Positions 9,199 to 20,835 of a stretch of DNA of 64,000 nt are shown here, in pieces. The stretch lies in contig CAVWBU010000035.1 in the NCBI GenBank assembly GCA_963753345.1, positions 161,302 to 225,301 on the forward strand, given 5' to 3'. Position 1 is the first letter of the stretch. Every line of letters starts with the position of its first letter. Under the pieces are notes generated by a model, which did no database searches, was not told the DNA's origin, and saw only the letters and a list, made by a program, of their open reading frames with translations. Origin of the DNA: an uncultured Fibrobacterota bacterium. GTDB lineage: Bacteria > Fibrobacterota > Chitinivibrionia > Chitinivibrionales > FEN-1185. A program made the position numbers and the translations under genes.

Positions 9199-10704
9199 GT
9201 GGCAAAAATCCTGGGCGAAGTGTCAAGGACCTTTTCGGAGTTCCTCATCATACCCGGCCTTACCACGACCCGTACCGTGCCGGCGAACGTCGATCTGCGC
9301 ACGCCCATGACCAAATTCAGGAAAGGGTCGAAGCCGTCCTTCGAGCTCAACATCCCGTTCGTGTCCGCAAGCATGCAGGCGGTGTCGGGCGCGGACCTCG
9401 CCATCGCCCTTGCCCGAAAAGGCGGGCTCGCGTTCATCTACTGCTCGCAGTCCATAGAGAGCCAGGCCGAGATGGTTGTGCGCGTCAAGCAGCACAAGGC
9501 CGGGTTCGTGCCCAGCGATTCCAACCTCAGGCCCGACAGCACGCTCGCCGAGGCGGTGGCGCTCAGCAAAAAAACCGGGCACTCCACCATGCCGGTCACC
9601 CACGACGGCACCGGAACCGGCATGTTCCTCGGCATCCTCACCGACAAGGATTTCTGGGAATTCGAGGACGACCTGAACGCGCCCGTGTCCAAGTCTATGA
9701 CGGCGAAGGAAAATGTCGTATTCGGCAGGACGGGAATTTCGCTGCACGAGGCGAACCGGCTCCTCCGGAAACGCAAGAAGGAATGTCTGCCCATTCTTGA
9801 CAGAAAGGGACGGCTTCAGTCGCTGGTGTTCAAGAAGGACTACATCGACCATATCAAAAACCCCAACGAAGTGCTCGACGAGAAGAAGCGGCTAGCCGTG
9901 GGGTGCGGCATCAACACCCACGACTACAAGCAACGGGTGCCCGCGCTTATCGAGGCCGGCGCGGACGTGCTGTGCTTCGATTCGTCGGACGGCTACACCG
10001 AGTTCCAGCGCGACGCGGCACTGTGGACGCGCGCGCACTTCGGGAAGCGGGTAGTGATCGGCGGCGGCAACGTGGTGGATGCCGAGGCGTTTCACTTTCT
10101 GGTGAAAAAGGCGAAAGTTGATTTTGTAAAGGTCGGCATCGGCGGCGGCTCCATCTGCATCACCCGCGAGCAGAAGGGCATCGGCCGCGGCCAGGCCTCG
10201 GCCCTCATGGACGTGGTTGCAGCGCGGAACGCACACTTCAAGAAAACCGGCCTGTACATTCCGGTGTGCTCCGACGGCGGACTCGCCAACGACACGCAGA
10301 TCATCATCGCGCTTGCCATGGGCGCCGATTTCGTGATGATGGGCCGCTACTTCGCAATGACAAACGAGAGCCCCACGCCCAAGGTGTCCATCGGCGGCAG
10401 GTTGTACAAGCCGTACTGGGGCGAGGGCAGCAACCGGGCGAGGAACTGGCAGCGCTACGGCGTCGAGAGCGAAAGCGAGTTCAAGTTCGAGGAAGGCGTG
10501 GACGGGTACGTGCCGGTGGTGGGATCGCTGTCCGACGTGCTCGCGGTCACCATCGCAAAGCTCAAGTCCACCATGTGCAACGCGGGCGCGGTCACCCTGG
10601 CGGATTTCCGGAAAAAGGCCCTGCTCACGCGCGTATCGGAACAGTCGTTCGTTGAAGGCGGGACCTCCACCATCAAGACCATGGACCAGGAAATCCTGAA
10701 ATAG
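9199..10704 (+). CDS. guaB: IMP dehydrogenase with CBS pair
   Basis: NIPFVSASM, KVGIGGGSICITR (catalytic Cys), SDGG, MMGRYFA, EEGVDG; GTG start after gaggtg RBS. Confidence 0.95.
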   Translation: MAKILGEVSRTFSEFLIIPGLTTTRTVPANVDLRTPMTKFRKGSKPSFELNIPFVSASMQAVSGADLAIALARKGGLAFIYCSQSIESQAEMVVRVKQHKAGFVPSDSNLRPDSTLAEAVALSKKTGHSTMPVTHDGTGTGMFLGILTDKDFWEFEDDLNAPVSKSMTAKENVVFGRTGISLHEANRLLRKRKKECLPILDRKGRLQSLVFKKDYIDHIKNPNEVLDEKKRLAVGCGINTHDYKQRVPALIEAGADVLCFDSSDGYTEFQRDAALWTRAHFGKRVVIGGGNVVDAEAFHFLVKKAKVDFVKVGIGGGSICITREQKGIGRGQASALMDVVAARNAHFKKTGLYIPVCSDGGLANDTQIIIALAMGADFVMMGRYFAMTNESPTPKVSIGGRLYKPYWGEGSNRARNWQRYGVESESEFKFEEGVDGYVPVVGSLSDVLAVTIAKLKSTMCNAGAVTLADFRKKALLTRVSEQSFVEGGTSTIKTMDQEILK

Positions 10705-10840
10705 GCCTGTGGGCCGGGCGGCCTCTCCGCAATTTTTTTTCTTCAGAATCGAAATCTTTGCGCCTTGTAAAATATGGGCGAAAGGCGGCCGCGACCGCGC
10801 GCCGTTCCCTTGCACACAACGCAGGAAAGGACTTTTTCCC

Positions 10841-12430
<1,590 letters not shown>

Positions 12431-12445
12431 TAATAAAGAGAAAAA

Positions 12446-12607
12446 TTGGGCGTTTCCCTCGCCCTCGTAAAGACTCAGGCTCGGGTCGGCCCTCCTTCCG
12501 GTCTCGGCCTTCGGCCTCGGGCCGCCACGGCCCTATGCCGCGGTAGCGGCGGGTCCGGGCGGCATCCCGCTTTGGCGGGACCTCCAGTCCTGCCTAACGC
12601 GCGGGCA
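12446..12607 (+). repeat. Repeat A copy 1 (structured ~160 nt element)
   Basis: ttgggcgtttccc..gggtcggccctccttccggtctcggccttcggcctcgggccgcc..gggcggc..cctccagtcctgcctaacgcgc; homologous to five other copies. Confidence 0.9.
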
Positions 12608-12665
12608 TCGGATAGTGTGCCGGTGACCTCAAGGTCGGCAGGGAGAAGCGACTGTTTGGAGCGTG

Positions 12666-12866
12666 CAAAGGGAATCCCAATTGGCGCGAGAAATACTTGT
12701 TGACTGAATAGATTCCCTATGCCGCGCGCCAGGCAGGACTGCAAGGTGCGCTGGAGCGCATTGCCGCCTGACCACGGCCCGCAGGGCCCTCGTGGCAGGC
12801 GGCAACGAGGCCTTGTGCCGAGCCTGGAAGGAGGGCCGCCGCCGCAAAGCGGCGGGGCGCCCATCT
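12666..12866 (-). repeat. Repeat A copy 2 with 3' tail
   Basis: rc agatgggcgccccgccgctttgcggcggcggccctccttcc..gccgcctgccacgagggccctgcgggccgtggtcaggcggc..cagtcctgcctggcgcgcggca, plus tail aatctattcagtcaac..gcgccaat shared with copies 5 and 6. Confidence 0.9.
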
Positions 12867-12994
12867 CTTTATTTATTTAGCCTTTTATCCACTTCTTCCT
12901 CCGGAATATTCTTGACATCAAACCATACATATCTTATTTCTATATCCTGATAGCCCATCATTCCCTTTTCCGCTTTTCTGTGGGAGGACTGCAT

Positions 12995-13897
12995 ATGAAA
13001 AGACCGGTACTACTGGGTTCCCTCGCCTTAAGCGTTATATTTCTTGTCGGCGGATGCGGCGTAAGCCAGCGCGCCATCGACGACGCCCAGGGCCGCATCA
13101 ACGCGCTCAAAACAAAAGGCGTTCCGGACAGCTCCCTTTCCGATGCCGTAAAGTACCTGTACGGTGCGACGTATGCAAAGGAAAAAGACGACAAGACCCT
13201 TGCCAGAAAATCGCTCGATTCGGCGCGGATACTCATTGCGCAGTCCGAAGCGCAGTACTCGGAAAATGCCGCGCGGCTCAAGCCCTACAGCGACTCGGTG
13301 ATCGGCGTCCTCACCAACGCTAAGTCCAAGTTCACGGGCATGCAGCTCAAGGCCCTTGACAGCGCCCTTGCGGTGATCGACGGCTTTGTCCAGAAGAACT
13401 GGATCTACCAGATCGAAGACAACTGCAACAAAGCGGTTGCACTGCTGCCCACGCTCAAGTTCAACGAAGACCGGGCAAAGGAACTCAAAGAAAGGCTGCC
13501 GGGCGTGTGGGTGTGCACTAACACCACCAAGAGCGACGCCGACAAGGCCGTCCACGCGGTGGAGACGAAGACGTTCACGTTCGGCAAGGACGGCAAGGTT
13601 ACCCTCGTGGAAACCAAGAAAGGCCAGAGCGCTAAGAACCTCAAGGAAGACTGGGAGTTCGACTCGTTCGGCTCCTGGGACTGCCGCGGCGACACCATCC
13701 ATATCTTTGTGGACCGTTTCGCCTGCAAGCGCCAGAACTTCGAGACCCTTCTCGAAAAAGACAACAAGAAGACGTGGGAAAAGAAGTCCGAAAAGACCTA
13801 CGATTCCCTCATCACCGACCACAGCCAGGACCGGTGGGTGCCCTTCAGCGGAGAGGGCGGAATGGCGGAGGATTTCAAGCAGCAGAAGAAGTTCTGA
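12995..13897 (+). CDS. Hypothetical lipoprotein
   Basis: MKRPVLLGSLALSVIFLVGGC lipobox, ggagga RBS, host-like codon usage. Confidence 0.8.
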   Translation: MKRPVLLGSLALSVIFLVGGCGVSQRAIDDAQGRINALKTKGVPDSSLSDAVKYLYGATYAKEKDDKTLARKSLDSARILIAQSEAQYSENAARLKPYSDSVIGVLTNAKSKFTGMQLKALDSALAVIDGFVQKNWIYQIEDNCNKAVALLPTLKFNEDRAKELKERLPGVWVCTNTTKSDADKAVHAVETKTFTFGKDGKVTLVETKKGQSAKNLKEDWEFDSFGSWDCRGDTIHIFVDRFACKRQNFETLLEKDNKKTWEKKSEKTYDSLITDHSQDRWVPFSGEGGMAEDFKQQKKF

Positions 13898-13936
13898 TAA
13901 TAAGTTCTTTCGTATATCTTTTATTAGTTTGATTTG

Positions 13937-13976
13937 TAAAGGCGCTCTACGAAAATAGAGCGCCTTTAGTTTTTTT
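13937..13976 (+). terminator. Intrinsic terminator
   Basis: 13 bp stem taaaggcgctcta/tagagcgccttta followed by a T-run. Confidence 0.85.
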
Positions 13977-14035
13977 ACTTTTAAGATTTATACATGGGTG
14001 GAAGTCCAGCCTGTCTCAAAACTCAAGAGAAGATC

Positions 14036-14171
14036 TGGGCGCCCCGCCGAAGACGGCGGCGGCCGTCCTTCCGGTCTCGGCCTTCGGCCTCGGGCTGCCT
14101 GCCACGAGGGCCCTGCGGGCCGTGGTCAGGCAGCACCGCACTTTGGCGCGGCCTCCAGTCCTGCCTGGCGC
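14036..14171 (+). repeat. Repeat A copy 3
   Basis: tgggcgccccgccgaagacggcggcggccgtccttccggtctcggccttcggcctcgggctgcctgccacgagggccctgcgggccgtggtcaggcagc..cctccagtcctgcctggcgc. Confidence 0.9.
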
Positions 14172-14423
14172 AAATACCACCATTCGGGTATCAGGTGAAT
14201 TTCACTATTCCGCTTGCGCAAGACCATATCTTCCGCAACTTGTCAACCTGCGCAACCAATACTGCGTTGTGGCGGCACCCACGAGCTATAGGTGACAAAA
14301 GATTCAATTTCGGTTTTTTTCGTCATCAGCGCCGAACCTGAGGCCGGAGGATAGTCCCTCGTGCTGTCCGAGCCGGGGCCCCACGAACGAGGGATCAGGC
14401 GACGCCGTTTGTTGTCTGAAGCT

Positions 14424-15788
14424 TTACCTGGCGAGAACGAATCTGCCGGTGCAGAAATGCCCGTCGATCGCGGTGATATGCAACAAATAGAGGCCTTTTG
14501 AAAGCGATTTTGTTGAAATTGTCAATAATTCGTCTGATGGAGATAAACTTTCAGAATACACTTTTCTTCCGTTGACGGCAAACAGCTCCACGCTGATCAA
14601 ACCCTGATTCCGCAGCTTGGGCAATCTGATCGACAGAAACCCCCTTTGCGAATTGAGCACAGAGAGCCCCAAGTCAGAGCTTGTGTTTATCATGCGGTCC
14701 TTAACTTCCATGGGAGGAACCGTTGCAAAGTACGGCCCTCCGTCACAAACAACGAGTTGGCCGTTTCCATAAGCGGAAGAGTAAAACTCAATAGAAGAAG
14801 GAGGGTTTGGGTCCCGATGCCAGACTGCCCCGTCTGAAGAATAGAGTAAGATGCCGGTTGTATTTGTACCTAAGTCCCCCTGTGACCCGGCCGCCACGAA
14901 CATGCCGTTTTCAAAATTTATGGAACGAAAAATCGTTAGAGAGAGGGAATCGCTTTTAGTCCATACGACCCCGTCGGTCGACCTTAACATATAGGAATAC
15001 AACAGTCCGCCGCCGGACCCTCCTGCGACAAAGCAATTGTTTCCGTATGCAACCGATAGCAGGCTGCCGCCCTGGTTGGGCGGCGGCGCAGAGATACCCG
15101 ACGCTCTATTTGTCCAATTGATGGCATCAGGGGATGTTAGAATCACACCATTGTTTCCAACAACGACATATAGGCCTTTGCCATAGCATACGGCGTTAAA
15201 CATATAGGAACTGGAATCGACAGTACTCCAAACCAAGCCGTCCTGAGAAACCCCCATATACCTTGGGCCCACTGCTACAAATTGACCGTTGCCATACATG
15301 ACAGATATGAAACGTGAAATCTGAAGGTTGTTTCCCGTCAGCATGACGGGCTGCATATCCGGCTCCCGGGCTGCAAATACCGCCCCCTGGGAATTGAACT
15401 TTACCTGTTCGCTGCCTACCGCAACGAACAAACTATCTCCGTAAACAACGGAATAAAGGCCGCAGTCAGTGAGACTGTAACCAAAACAAGTGTCGTTGCC
15501 CCCGAAGCTTCTCAATTCCCAGGTAATGCCGTCGGAAGAGGTAAGCATCGCGCTGATAGTAATGGATCCATTTGCTCCATTATAATTGCTAACACCATAA
15601 TCCCCAACAGCAAGAAATCGCCCATTGCCAAATGTAACGGAGTTGATGTGAAAGCTTCCGGGATATCCCGGAGGAGGTATCAATGCGGAGAGATCGGGTA
15701 GAACGCCTTTTTGCCAGTTATATTGACCGAAACAAAGGAAAGAAATCACGTATATGAACATTGTCGTCTTCGCAAGAATATTTTTCAT
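14424..15788 (-). CDS. Secreted beta-propeller (BNR/YVTN-like repeats) with T9SS type A-like C-terminal domain
   Basis: Signal peptide; repeats of V.YGNG.FVAVG...S.DG..W; C-terminus VELFAVNGRKV...LSKGLYLLHI. Visibly lower GC than flanks. Confidence 0.8.
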   Translation of the reverse strand: MKNILAKTTMFIYVISFLCFGQYNWQKGVLPDLSALIPPPGYPGSFHINSVTFGNGRFLAVGDYGVSNYNGANGSITISAMLTSSDGITWELRSFGGNDTCFGYSLTDCGLYSVVYGDSLFVAVGSEQVKFNSQGAVFAAREPDMQPVMLTGNNLQISRFISVMYGNGQFVAVGPRYMGVSQDGLVWSTVDSSSYMFNAVCYGKGLYVVVGNNGVILTSPDAINWTNRASGISAPPPNQGGSLLSVAYGNNCFVAGGSGGGLLYSYMLRSTDGVVWTKSDSLSLTIFRSINFENGMFVAAGSQGDLGTNTTGILLYSSDGAVWHRDPNPPSSIEFYSSAYGNGQLVVCDGGPYFATVPPMEVKDRMINTSSDLGLSVLNSQRGFLSIRLPKLRNQGLISVELFAVNGRKVYSESLSPSDELLTISTKSLSKGLYLLHITAIDGHFCTGRFVLAR

Positions 15789-16167
15789 TGTCTGCTCCCA
15801 CTCGTTAGTCGGTTTCGCTCACCCTGCTCCCATCATCCCTAATTATACTTAATTTATGGTCACAAAGTTGAACCATCACTAAGATTTCGTATACTATTGG
15901 AATACGGCAAGATTGCTTTTGGGTCCTATTTCGTAGACATTTGTTGAAAGGAATTGGTACTTTCCCTCTGCTTTGCATTGGGGCAGGCTGTTTAAAGAGT
16001 CGCTCTTACGGCGTCCATGGTTCGACACTCTTCGTTAGACTTCGGCGTAGGTGCTCACCGCGAACGGCGATTGTAGAAGACGACAGTGGAGAATTTTCTG
16101 TGTCAGTCGCCTATGGGTCTGATTCCTAATCTGCTTGGCGGAACATTGGATTGTGCAAATTCCCCTC

Positions 16168-16320
16168 TGCCAAGCGTTAGGGGCGACTGGAGGCCGCGCT
16201 GGAGCGTGGTGCCGCCCGGACCCGGCCGCTACCGCGGCTTAGGGCCAGGCGGCCCGAGGCCAGAGCCCGAGACCGGAGGGAGAACCGACCGCGTCCTCAT
16301 GGACGCGGGAACGCCCATCT
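16168..16320 (-). repeat. Repeat A copy 4
   Basis: rc agatgggcgttcccgcgtccatgaggacgcggtcggttctccctccggtctcggg..gccgcctggccctaagccgcggtagcggccgggtccgggcggc..cctccagtcgcccctaacgc. Confidence 0.9.
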
Positions 16321-16336
16321 GAAGTAATAACTCTAT

Positions 16337-16921
16337 TTACTTCTCTCTTTCCAACTGTCTTATCCCGTCAAGCAGATATTGCACCGCCGACGCGCCGGTG
16401 AAAAACGCCGCGGCGCCGAGCATCCATGCGAGCGGGGCCGCGGGCAGGCCGAAAAGCACCCACAGGATTGATGTGCCCTGGAGGAACGTGGTGATTTTGC
16501 CGAGCATCCTGGGCTGCACTCTCACGCTGCCCGTGATGCTCTGGATGATGAGCACGCCGAGAACAAGAATGGCGTCGCGGCTGATTGCAACGAGAGCGAA
16601 CCATACGGGAAGGTGGGGGACAAATGCTTTCTCGGCGCTGTGGCCGGACAGAAGGATGAGGGCCGAGATCAGGGCCGCCTTGTCGGCAAGCGGGTCGAGC
16701 AGCGTGCCAAGGGCCGAGATTTCCCGCCGCATTCGGGCAAGGTACCCGTCCACTGCGTCAAGGAGGAAAATGCCGAGAAATACGGCGAGGCCTGTCCATC
16801 GGAGAATCATGTGCGGCTCGCCCTTTGCCACGCTCATCGCATAGTAGAGGATAGCAAGGACGAACAGGGGAACGGCGAAGATCCGGGCAATGGTGATTCT
16901 GTTTGCCAATGTCAAGGGCAT
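16337..16921 (-). CDS. pgsA: CDP-alcohol phosphatidyltransferase (PgsA-like)
   Basis: TLANRITIAR, DAVDGYLAR...GTLLDPLADK, SRD, LGKITT motifs. Confidence 0.85.
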   Translation of the reverse strand: MPLTLANRITIARIFAVPLFVLAILYYAMSVAKGEPHMILRWTGLAVFLGIFLLDAVDGYLARMRREISALGTLLDPLADKAALISALILLSGHSAEKAFVPHLPVWFALVAISRDAILVLGVLIIQSITGSVRVQPRMLGKITTFLQGTSILWVLFGLPAAPLAWMLGAAAFFTGASAVQYLLDGIRQLEREK

Positions 16922-17030
16922 GATTGGCGCGCGGTTCCGGGAGGAAGTGGCGGACCGGCGGTATGATCAATATAATAATTTGTTGCGTCAGGGGTAAAAT
17001 CGCATTTGTTAAGAAAAGGAAATTATCATG

Positions 17031-17222
17031 TGGGGGAGGTATACTCCGTCGGGTACTTCCAAGGGTCGTCCTCCTCGCTTCAGCCCGGCGCGCCTCCTCA
17101 TGTTGTGGCTCATTGTCAATGGCGCACCGGTCTTCCGCTACCCCCTCCTGGGTGCACCCCTTGAAGGGACAGTTGCAAGATCAAACACCTGTGCGGGGGC
17201 ACCCGTGGAGAGCAGTTGAGAA
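17031..17222 (+). repeat. Repeat B copy 1
   Basis: Shares cccctcctgggtgcacccc..gcaaga.tcaa.cacctgtg.gggggcaccc..ggagagc.gttga with rc of 29724-29803; head gggggaggtatactcc. Confidence 0.8.
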
Positions 17223-17255
17223 ATTCAAAGAGAAATAGATGATTCTATTCCATGA

Positions 17256-17450
17256 GGATTCGGGGTGGCGGGAGCAATAATCTTGACTGAGTAGACTTCT
17301 TCTGCCGCGCGTTAGGCCGGAACGGAGGTCGCGCTGGAGCGCGATGCTGCCTGACCACGGCCCGCAGGGCCTTTGTGGCAGGCAGCCCGAGGCCGAAGGC
17401 CGAGACCGGAGCGAGGGCCGCCCGCGTCCCATGGACGCGGGAACGGCCAA
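17256..17450 (-). repeat. Repeat A copy 5 with 3' tail
   Basis: rc ttggccgttcccgcgtccatgggacgcgggcggccctcgctccggtctcggccttcggcctcgggctgcctgccacaaaggccctgcgggccgtggtcaggcagc..ggcctaacgcgcggca, plus tail agtctactcagtcaag. Confidence 0.9.
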
Positions 17451-17466
17451 GTCTTTTCTTTGACTT

Positions 17467-17943
17467 TTAAGTATTATCAGGTAGCCCTAGATCTATATCC
17501 CTCGACATCACAATAGCATCATCACCATCGTCAGAATAGTATTTCCTGCGTATCCAGCGGATTTCGAATCCGAGTTTGACGTACAAATCAAAGGCAAGAC
17601 GGTTTTTCGACCGGACTTCAAGGTGGACCGATTCTGCGCCGCGGCGGCGGGCCGCGTCTGCCGCTGCCGCCAGGAGGCGGCGCGCCACGCCTCGGCGCCG
17701 GTGGTCGGGATGAACGGCGATGGTGTTGATCTCAAGTTCGTCTGCGGCGAGAACGGCGAACACGAAGCCGCATGCCGTGCCGTCTTCGCGCTGCGCAACC
17801 AGATTGACGGCGTTGTCGGCGGAAAGCTCCGAGGAAAATGCGGCGGCCGACCAGGTGACCGTGCGGCACGAATGTTCTATGTCAAGGATGGCGGGAAGAT
17901 CGCACTTCACGGCGGGCCTGATCGTCGAAAGGCGGTGACTCAC
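17467..17943 (-). CDS. rimI: Ribosomal protein S18 alanine N-acetyltransferase
   Basis: GNAT motifs IAVHPDHRRRGVA, LEVRSKN, LYVKLGF, RRKYYSD..DDAIVM. Confidence 0.9.
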   Translation of the reverse strand: MSHRLSTIRPAVKCDLPAILDIEHSCRTVTWSAAAFSSELSADNAVNLVAQREDGTACGFVFAVLAADELEINTIAVHPDHRRRGVARRLLAAAADAARRRGAESVHLEVRSKNRLAFDLYVKLGFEIRWIRRKYYSDDGDDAIVMSRDIDLGLPDNT

Positions 17944-18938
17944 GGCACATCCTCCGTCAGGTCGTTGTCGCGCCGCGCTTCGTCAACCATCCGCGTGAGC
18001 CTCGCCACCACTGCATTGACGCCGCGGCCGGTGACCGCCGACATGGAACGCCAGCCCTTCGGCAGCGCAAGGCCCTTTGTTCCTTCGACAAGGTCGCTTT
18101 TCGACAAGATGAAAAGCGCGGGCTTCTGCGCAAGAAGCGGGCTGTACGCGGAAAGCTCGCTCACCAGAAGCGCGGCCTCGGCCCTCGGGTCCGGGGAATC
18201 GGCCGGGACCAGAATCGCAAGTACGGCCGTGCGTTCGATATGCTTGAGGAACGTGATGCCGAGCCCTTTTCCAAGGTGCGAACCTTCGATGAGGCCCGGA
18301 ATGTCGGCTGCGACAAACGACCGGTAGCCTTTGCATCTGACAATTCCCAGGTATGGCTGGGTCGTGGTGAATGGATACGCCGCGATCTTCGGCCGCGCCG
18401 AGGAGATGCTCGAAAGAAACGTGGACTTGCCTGCGTTGGGGCGTCCCACGATTCCCACGTCGGCCAGCATCTTGAGCACGAGCCGCAGCTTTCTGTATTG
18501 GCCGTCTTTTCCCTTCTCGGCATGGTCGGGCAGGGGGTTTGTGCGGGTCTTGAGCTCTGCGTTTCCGCGGCCGCCCGCTCCGCCCCGAGCTGCGCAGAAT
18601 GATTGCGTATCGTCAACCGCATCGAAAAGGAGGTCGCCCGAATCCGCGTCATACACCACCGTGCCGAGCGGGATCGGCACCATGATGTCTTCGGCGTCCT
18701 TGCCGTGCTTGTTGCCGCCTTTGCCGTTTGCGCCGCTTTGGGCCCTGCAGTGGCGGTGGAAGTGAAGGTCTTGAAGCGTGCGGAGATGATGGGAGCCCCT
18801 GAGAAAAATGCTCCCGCCCCTGCCGCCGCTGCCGCCGCTCGGGCCGCCCCGCGGCCGGTATTTTTCGCGGAGATAGGCGAAGCAGCCGTCGCCGCCGCTG
18901 CCCGCCTGTGCTTCGATGGTTGTTTCGTCGATGAACAT
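17940..18938 (-). CDS. obgE: GTPase Obg
   Basis: MFIDE, Gly-rich Obg fold, GRPNAGKST, YPFTT, DIPGLIEG. Confidence 0.95.
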   Translation of the reverse strand: MFIDETTIEAQAGSGGDGCFAYLREKYRPRGGPSGGSGGRGGSIFLRGSHHLRTLQDLHFHRHCRAQSGANGKGGNKHGKDAEDIMVPIPLGTVVYDADSGDLLFDAVDDTQSFCAARGGAGGRGNAELKTRTNPLPDHAEKGKDGQYRKLRLVLKMLADVGIVGRPNAGKSTFLSSISSARPKIAAYPFTTTQPYLGIVRCKGYRSFVAADIPGLIEGSHLGKGLGITFLKHIERTAVLAILVPADSPDPRAEAALLVSELSAYSPLLAQKPALFILSKSDLVEGTKGLALPKGWRSMSAVTGRGVNAVVARLTRMVDEARRDNDLTEDVP

Positions 18939-18959
18939 TGGAGAGTCCGGTGGAAGAGG

Positions 18960-19092
18960 AAGTTTGCAAAGTTACAAAGTAACAAAGTCAAGAGAAGTTA
19001 CAAAGTGACAAAGTAGCAAAGTGACAAAATCAAGATTCCAGCCTGACCGTTCTGAACTCTGTCACTCTGTCACTTTGTTACTCTTGCACTTT
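18960..19092. repeat. Two facing octamer arrays (AAAGTNAC-like)
   Basis: + aaagttac aaagtaac ... aaagtgac aaagtagc aaagtgac; inverted ctctgtca ctctgtca ctttgtta ctcttgca, which overlaps the upstream gene's stop. Confidence 0.75.
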
Positions 19093-19359
19093 CTTGCTCT
19101 TCCCCGTGTCGGCTGGCGGCGGGGTTGCGGGGGCGGCCGGAGCATCGTTCTTTGCCTGCTTCTTGTACGAATCGGAACGGTAGTCGGTGCTGTAGAAGCC
19201 GCTTCCCTTGAACAGGAATCCCCCGCCGGAGGAAATCAGTCGCTTTACCGCGCCGCCGCAGCCCGGTTTTTTGCATAGGGTGAGCGGCGGTTCCGAGATA
19301 CGCTGGTATTCCTCAAAGATGAGCCCGCATTTTTCGCATTCGTATTCGTACGTCGGCAT
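19078..19359 (-). CDS. FmdB-family zinc ribbon regulatory protein
   Basis: MPTYEYECEKCG..C...CGG..KRLIS...FKGSGFYSTDY. Confidence 0.9.
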   Translation of the reverse strand: MPTYEYECEKCGLIFEEYQRISEPPLTLCKKPGCGGAVKRLISSGGGFLFKGSGFYSTDYRSDSYKKQAKNDAPAAPATPPPADTGKSKKVQE

Positions 19360-19455
19360 GGAGAAACTGCTCCGAGGCGATGAAAATCAGTCAATCGTTG
19401 AGATATGCTTGGGTGCAAAGAACGCCCCCAAATTACATCATGTTGGAGAAACAGG

Positions 19456-20784
19456 TCAACGCGCCGCGGGCACGGCGGTGAGGTCGTAATCAGATGCGGA
19501 GATGATTTTCACCGGAACAATGGAGCCGATCCTTGCGTTTCCCCGGGGAAGGAGGACCGTGCCGTCGACCTCGGGCGCGTCCCATACGGTTCTGCCTTCA
19601 AGAGCCGCCCGCTTTTTTTTTGCGACCCCCGGGCTTCCGTGCAACACCGCAACCCCGTGTTCCTGAGCAGGCCCGTCCACGATTATGTCAAGCGTTTTCC
19701 CCACGAGCGAGGCGCACCGGGCCGCGCTTATCCCGCGCTGGAGCGACATAATGCGTTCGCACCTGAAAAGCGCGGTTCGGTTCAGCGGCCTTTTCGGGAG
19801 TGAAAACGCGCGCGTTCCCTCTTCCGGTGAAAACGGAAATACGCCGAGGCGCTCGAACCGCGTCTCCTCCACAAAGTCAAGCAATTCGCGGAACTGCCGC
19901 TCGGTTTCGCCGGGATACCCGGCAATGAACGTGGTGCGTATGGCGGCATCGGACATTGCGGTGCGGATGCTCCTGATGAGGGCGCGGACGCCTTTCGACA
20001 GCGGCCGGCGGTTCATGGACCGCAGAATGTCGTCGCTGATGTGCTGGAGTGGAACGTCGAAGTAGGGAAGAAGCCGCTTTTCTTGCGCGAAAAGATACAG
20101 CAGTTCGTCGCTTACGAGCTGCGGATGCAGATACATGAGCCGGATCCACGGGAATTCCGTTTCGGCAAGAAAATGCTTGAGGAGCCGCACAAGCGAGCCG
20201 CCGCGGTCGCATCCGTAGGACGTAGTGTCCTGGGAAACCAGGATGCATTCCTTTACGCCGCGGGAAAACAGCCAGCGCGCCTCGCAAATAATATCCTTTT
20301 CAGCACGGCTTTTATACGGTCCGCGGATGGCGGGAATGGCGCAGAAACTGCACTGCCGCGAACATCCTTCTGCTATCTTGAGATACTGGGTGGCGCGGGG
20401 CGGAAAAAGCACGCGCCCGGCCGGGGCTTTGCGGTGCGCGCCGAACGACGACGCAAGCACCGCGGGCCAGTCGTGCACGCCGAGCCACGCGTCAACCTCG
20501 GGGAAATGAACCCTCGCTTGGTTCCTGAAGCGCTCCGAAAAACAGCCGGCGACCGCGAGCGTGGCGCAGACGCCGGATTTCTTGAAGCGCGCCATGGTCA
20601 GGATGGCTTCTATCGCCTCTTGCCGGGCTTCCTTGATAAATGCGCATGTGTTGACGAGGATCGTATTCGCGCGGGAAAAATCGGACACCGCAGTATACCC
20701 CGATGCACAGAGCCGGGCGAGCATGCGCTCGCCGTCTATCTGGTTCTTGCTGCATCCGAGGTTCAACAGTGCAACGGTTCGCAT
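19456..20784 (-). CDS. rimO: Ribosomal protein S12 methylthiotransferase
   Basis: LGCSKNQIDGE, NTCAFI, radical SAM KIAEGCSRQCSFCAIP, C-terminal TRAM with DAPEVDG. Confidence 0.93.
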   Translation of the reverse strand: MRTVALLNLGCSKNQIDGERMLARLCASGYTAVSDFSRANTILVNTCAFIKEARQEAIEAILTMARFKKSGVCATLAVAGCFSERFRNQARVHFPEVDAWLGVHDWPAVLASSFGAHRKAPAGRVLFPPRATQYLKIAEGCSRQCSFCAIPAIRGPYKSRAEKDIICEARWLFSRGVKECILVSQDTTSYGCDRGGSLVRLLKHFLAETEFPWIRLMYLHPQLVSDELLYLFAQEKRLLPYFDVPLQHISDDILRSMNRRPLSKGVRALIRSIRTAMSDAAIRTTFIAGYPGETERQFRELLDFVEETRFERLGVFPFSPEEGTRAFSLPKRPLNRTALFRCERIMSLQRGISAARCASLVGKTLDIIVDGPAQEHGVAVLHGSPGVAKKKRAALEGRTVWDAPEVDGTVLLPRGNARIGSIVPVKIISASDYDLTAVPAAR

Positions 20785-20835
20785 GCGTGGCCCTCAACAA
20801 ATCGTTGTGTTACAGAAGAAAATTCTGCAGTATTC

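Noticed and set aside
14305-14335. CTGATGA...GAAA on the - strand, suggestive of a hammerhead ribozyme
   Set aside because: No pairing for stem II and no convincing stems I/III.
16012-16068. ccatggttcgac...gctcaccgcgaacgg, resembling a common bacterial palindromic repeat, and its GTTCGA resemblance to a tRNA T-arm
   Set aside because: Single degenerate copy in the window and no cloverleaf; cannot be supported from this sequence alone.
18960-19092. Possible CRISPR array at the short tandem repeats
   Set aside because: Units are 7-8 bp without unique spacers, and there are no cas genes.
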